Shown: positions 14,081-14,604 of the stretch, piece by piece
How the letters are laid out: every line of letters begins with the position of its first letter
Numbering within the stretch: the stretch's first letter is position 1
Virus record (IMG/VR): IMGVR_UViG_3300009180_000026
DNA from: a virus
Taxonomy: Duplodnaviria > Heunggongvirae > Uroviricota > Caudoviricetes
Strand: one strand, 5' to 3'
DNA length: 14,604 nt
The notes under the pieces: model-generated
Seen by the model: only the letters and a program-made list of their open reading frames with translations
What the model was told of the DNA's origin: nothing
Databases searched by the model: none
Translations under genes and position numbers: made by a program

Positions 14081-14550
14081 TATTTCTTTTTAGCCATTTT
14101 CTTGAATGTCTTAGCAAGAGCTTTAGCTTTGCCAGTACATCCAGGTTTTGTAATAGGAGTACATTTACCAGCAGTTCCACGTTTCTTAATAGAAGCTGTA
14201 GCTTTCTGTATCCATTTACCATCTTTAGCTTTTGTTACACCACCAGTCTTTTCTTTTTTAATAGAATTCTTTTTATAGTTTTCTTTTCCTTCTTTAGCTC
14301 CCATATGAACTTGAAGGTCACTAAAAAGACCAGCATCACTACCTCTTATTCCTGCTTTATACCCAGCTCTATAATTTGAGCTATCTAAACCAGTTGGTTT
14401 TTTACCAGCTGGTACAAACAAGTCTATATACTTATACTTTGTAGAAGGTCTAGTATTAATAGCAGGCTTTTCTACTCTTGTATTATCAGCTTTAGCTTGA
14501 AGAGGTTTCCCAGAATTTTGGTATTTCTTAACCTTTTTCATTATAGCCAT
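14080..14550 (-). CDS. Lys-rich basic protein (156 aa) with a C-terminal Cys-pair domain
   Basis: KKVKKYQNSG; KTGGVTKAKDGKWIQKATASIKKRGTAGKCTPITKPGCTGKAKALAKTFKKMAKKK; TAATG coupling to the next gene. Confidence 0.85.
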   Translation of the reverse strand: MAIMKKVKKYQNSGKPLQAKADNTRVEKPAINTRPSTKYKYIDLFVPAGKKPTGLDSSNYRAGYKAGIRGSDAGLFSDLQVHMGAKEGKENYKKNSIKKEKTGGVTKAKDGKWIQKATASIKKRGTAGKCTPITKPGCTGKAKALAKTFKKMAKKK

Positions 14551-14552
14551 GA

Positions 14553-14603
14553 CTATTTCTTTTTAGACATTTTACCACCCATTTTTTTCTGAGGAAGACC
14601 TGG
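14553..14603 (-). CDS. C-terminus of another Lys-rich protein (truncated by the window edge)
   Basis: Manual translation ...PGLPQKKMGGKMSKKK* (TAG at 14555-14553), 2 nt before the next ATG; same KxGG motif as its neighbours. Confidence 0.7.
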   Translation of the reverse strand, partial: PGLPQKKMGGKMSKKK

Positions 14604-14604
14604 A

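Larger units (their letters stand above)
1..14604. mobile_element. Fragment of a large dsDNA bacteriophage genome (probable Bacteroidota phage)
   Basis: Dense, overlapping genes with a phage-typical combination (rIIB-like, HNH, ExoVIII-like, nrdJ, recA, dut, phoH), many small hypotheticals, no housekeeping synteny, and Bacteroidota-type promoter motifs. No capsid or terminase gene in the window, so taxonomy cannot be fixed. Confidence 0.92.

Noticed and set aside
10858-14379. Shadow ORFs 10858-11262 (-), 11882-12247 (+), 12360-12644 (+), 13986-14222 (-), 14047-14379 (+)
   Set aside because: They lie antisense to or out of frame within better-supported genes; the Phe/Leu richness mirrors Lys codons on the coding strand.

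Overview
AT-rich fragment of a large tailed dsDNA phage genome, most likely infecting a Bacteroidota host. The host inference rests on TTTG-N20/21-TAnnTTT[G/A] promoter-like motifs, A-rich starts that mostly lack a Shine-Dalgarno (SD) site, and a Bacteroidota-style mini-lipoprotein. Standard genetic code. Bases 1-11516 (+) form a DNA metabolism/recombination arm: probable rIIA C-terminus, rIIB-like protein, HNH nuclease, RecE/ExoVIII-like PD-(D/E)XK nuclease, several hypotheticals, a MazG-like small protein, class II ribonucleotide reductase, RecA, dUTPase, an MPPED-type metallophosphoesterase, a Zn-finger/HNH protein and PhoH. A bidirectional terminator at 11525-11553 separates this arm from a convergent (-) strand cluster of small, mostly Lys-rich proteins that share K/R-x-G-G motifs, two coiled-coil proteins and a 53-aa lipoprotein. 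The standout is 13082-14080 (-), an LCIB/theta-type carbonic anhydrase-like protein with intact Cys-His-Cys zinc ligands. It carries an extra N-terminal module of about 46 aa and is translationally coupled (TAATG on both sides) into the basic-protein cluster, suggesting a possibly virion-associated carbonic anhydrase. All family calls come from motif recognition by eye; no database searches were run.
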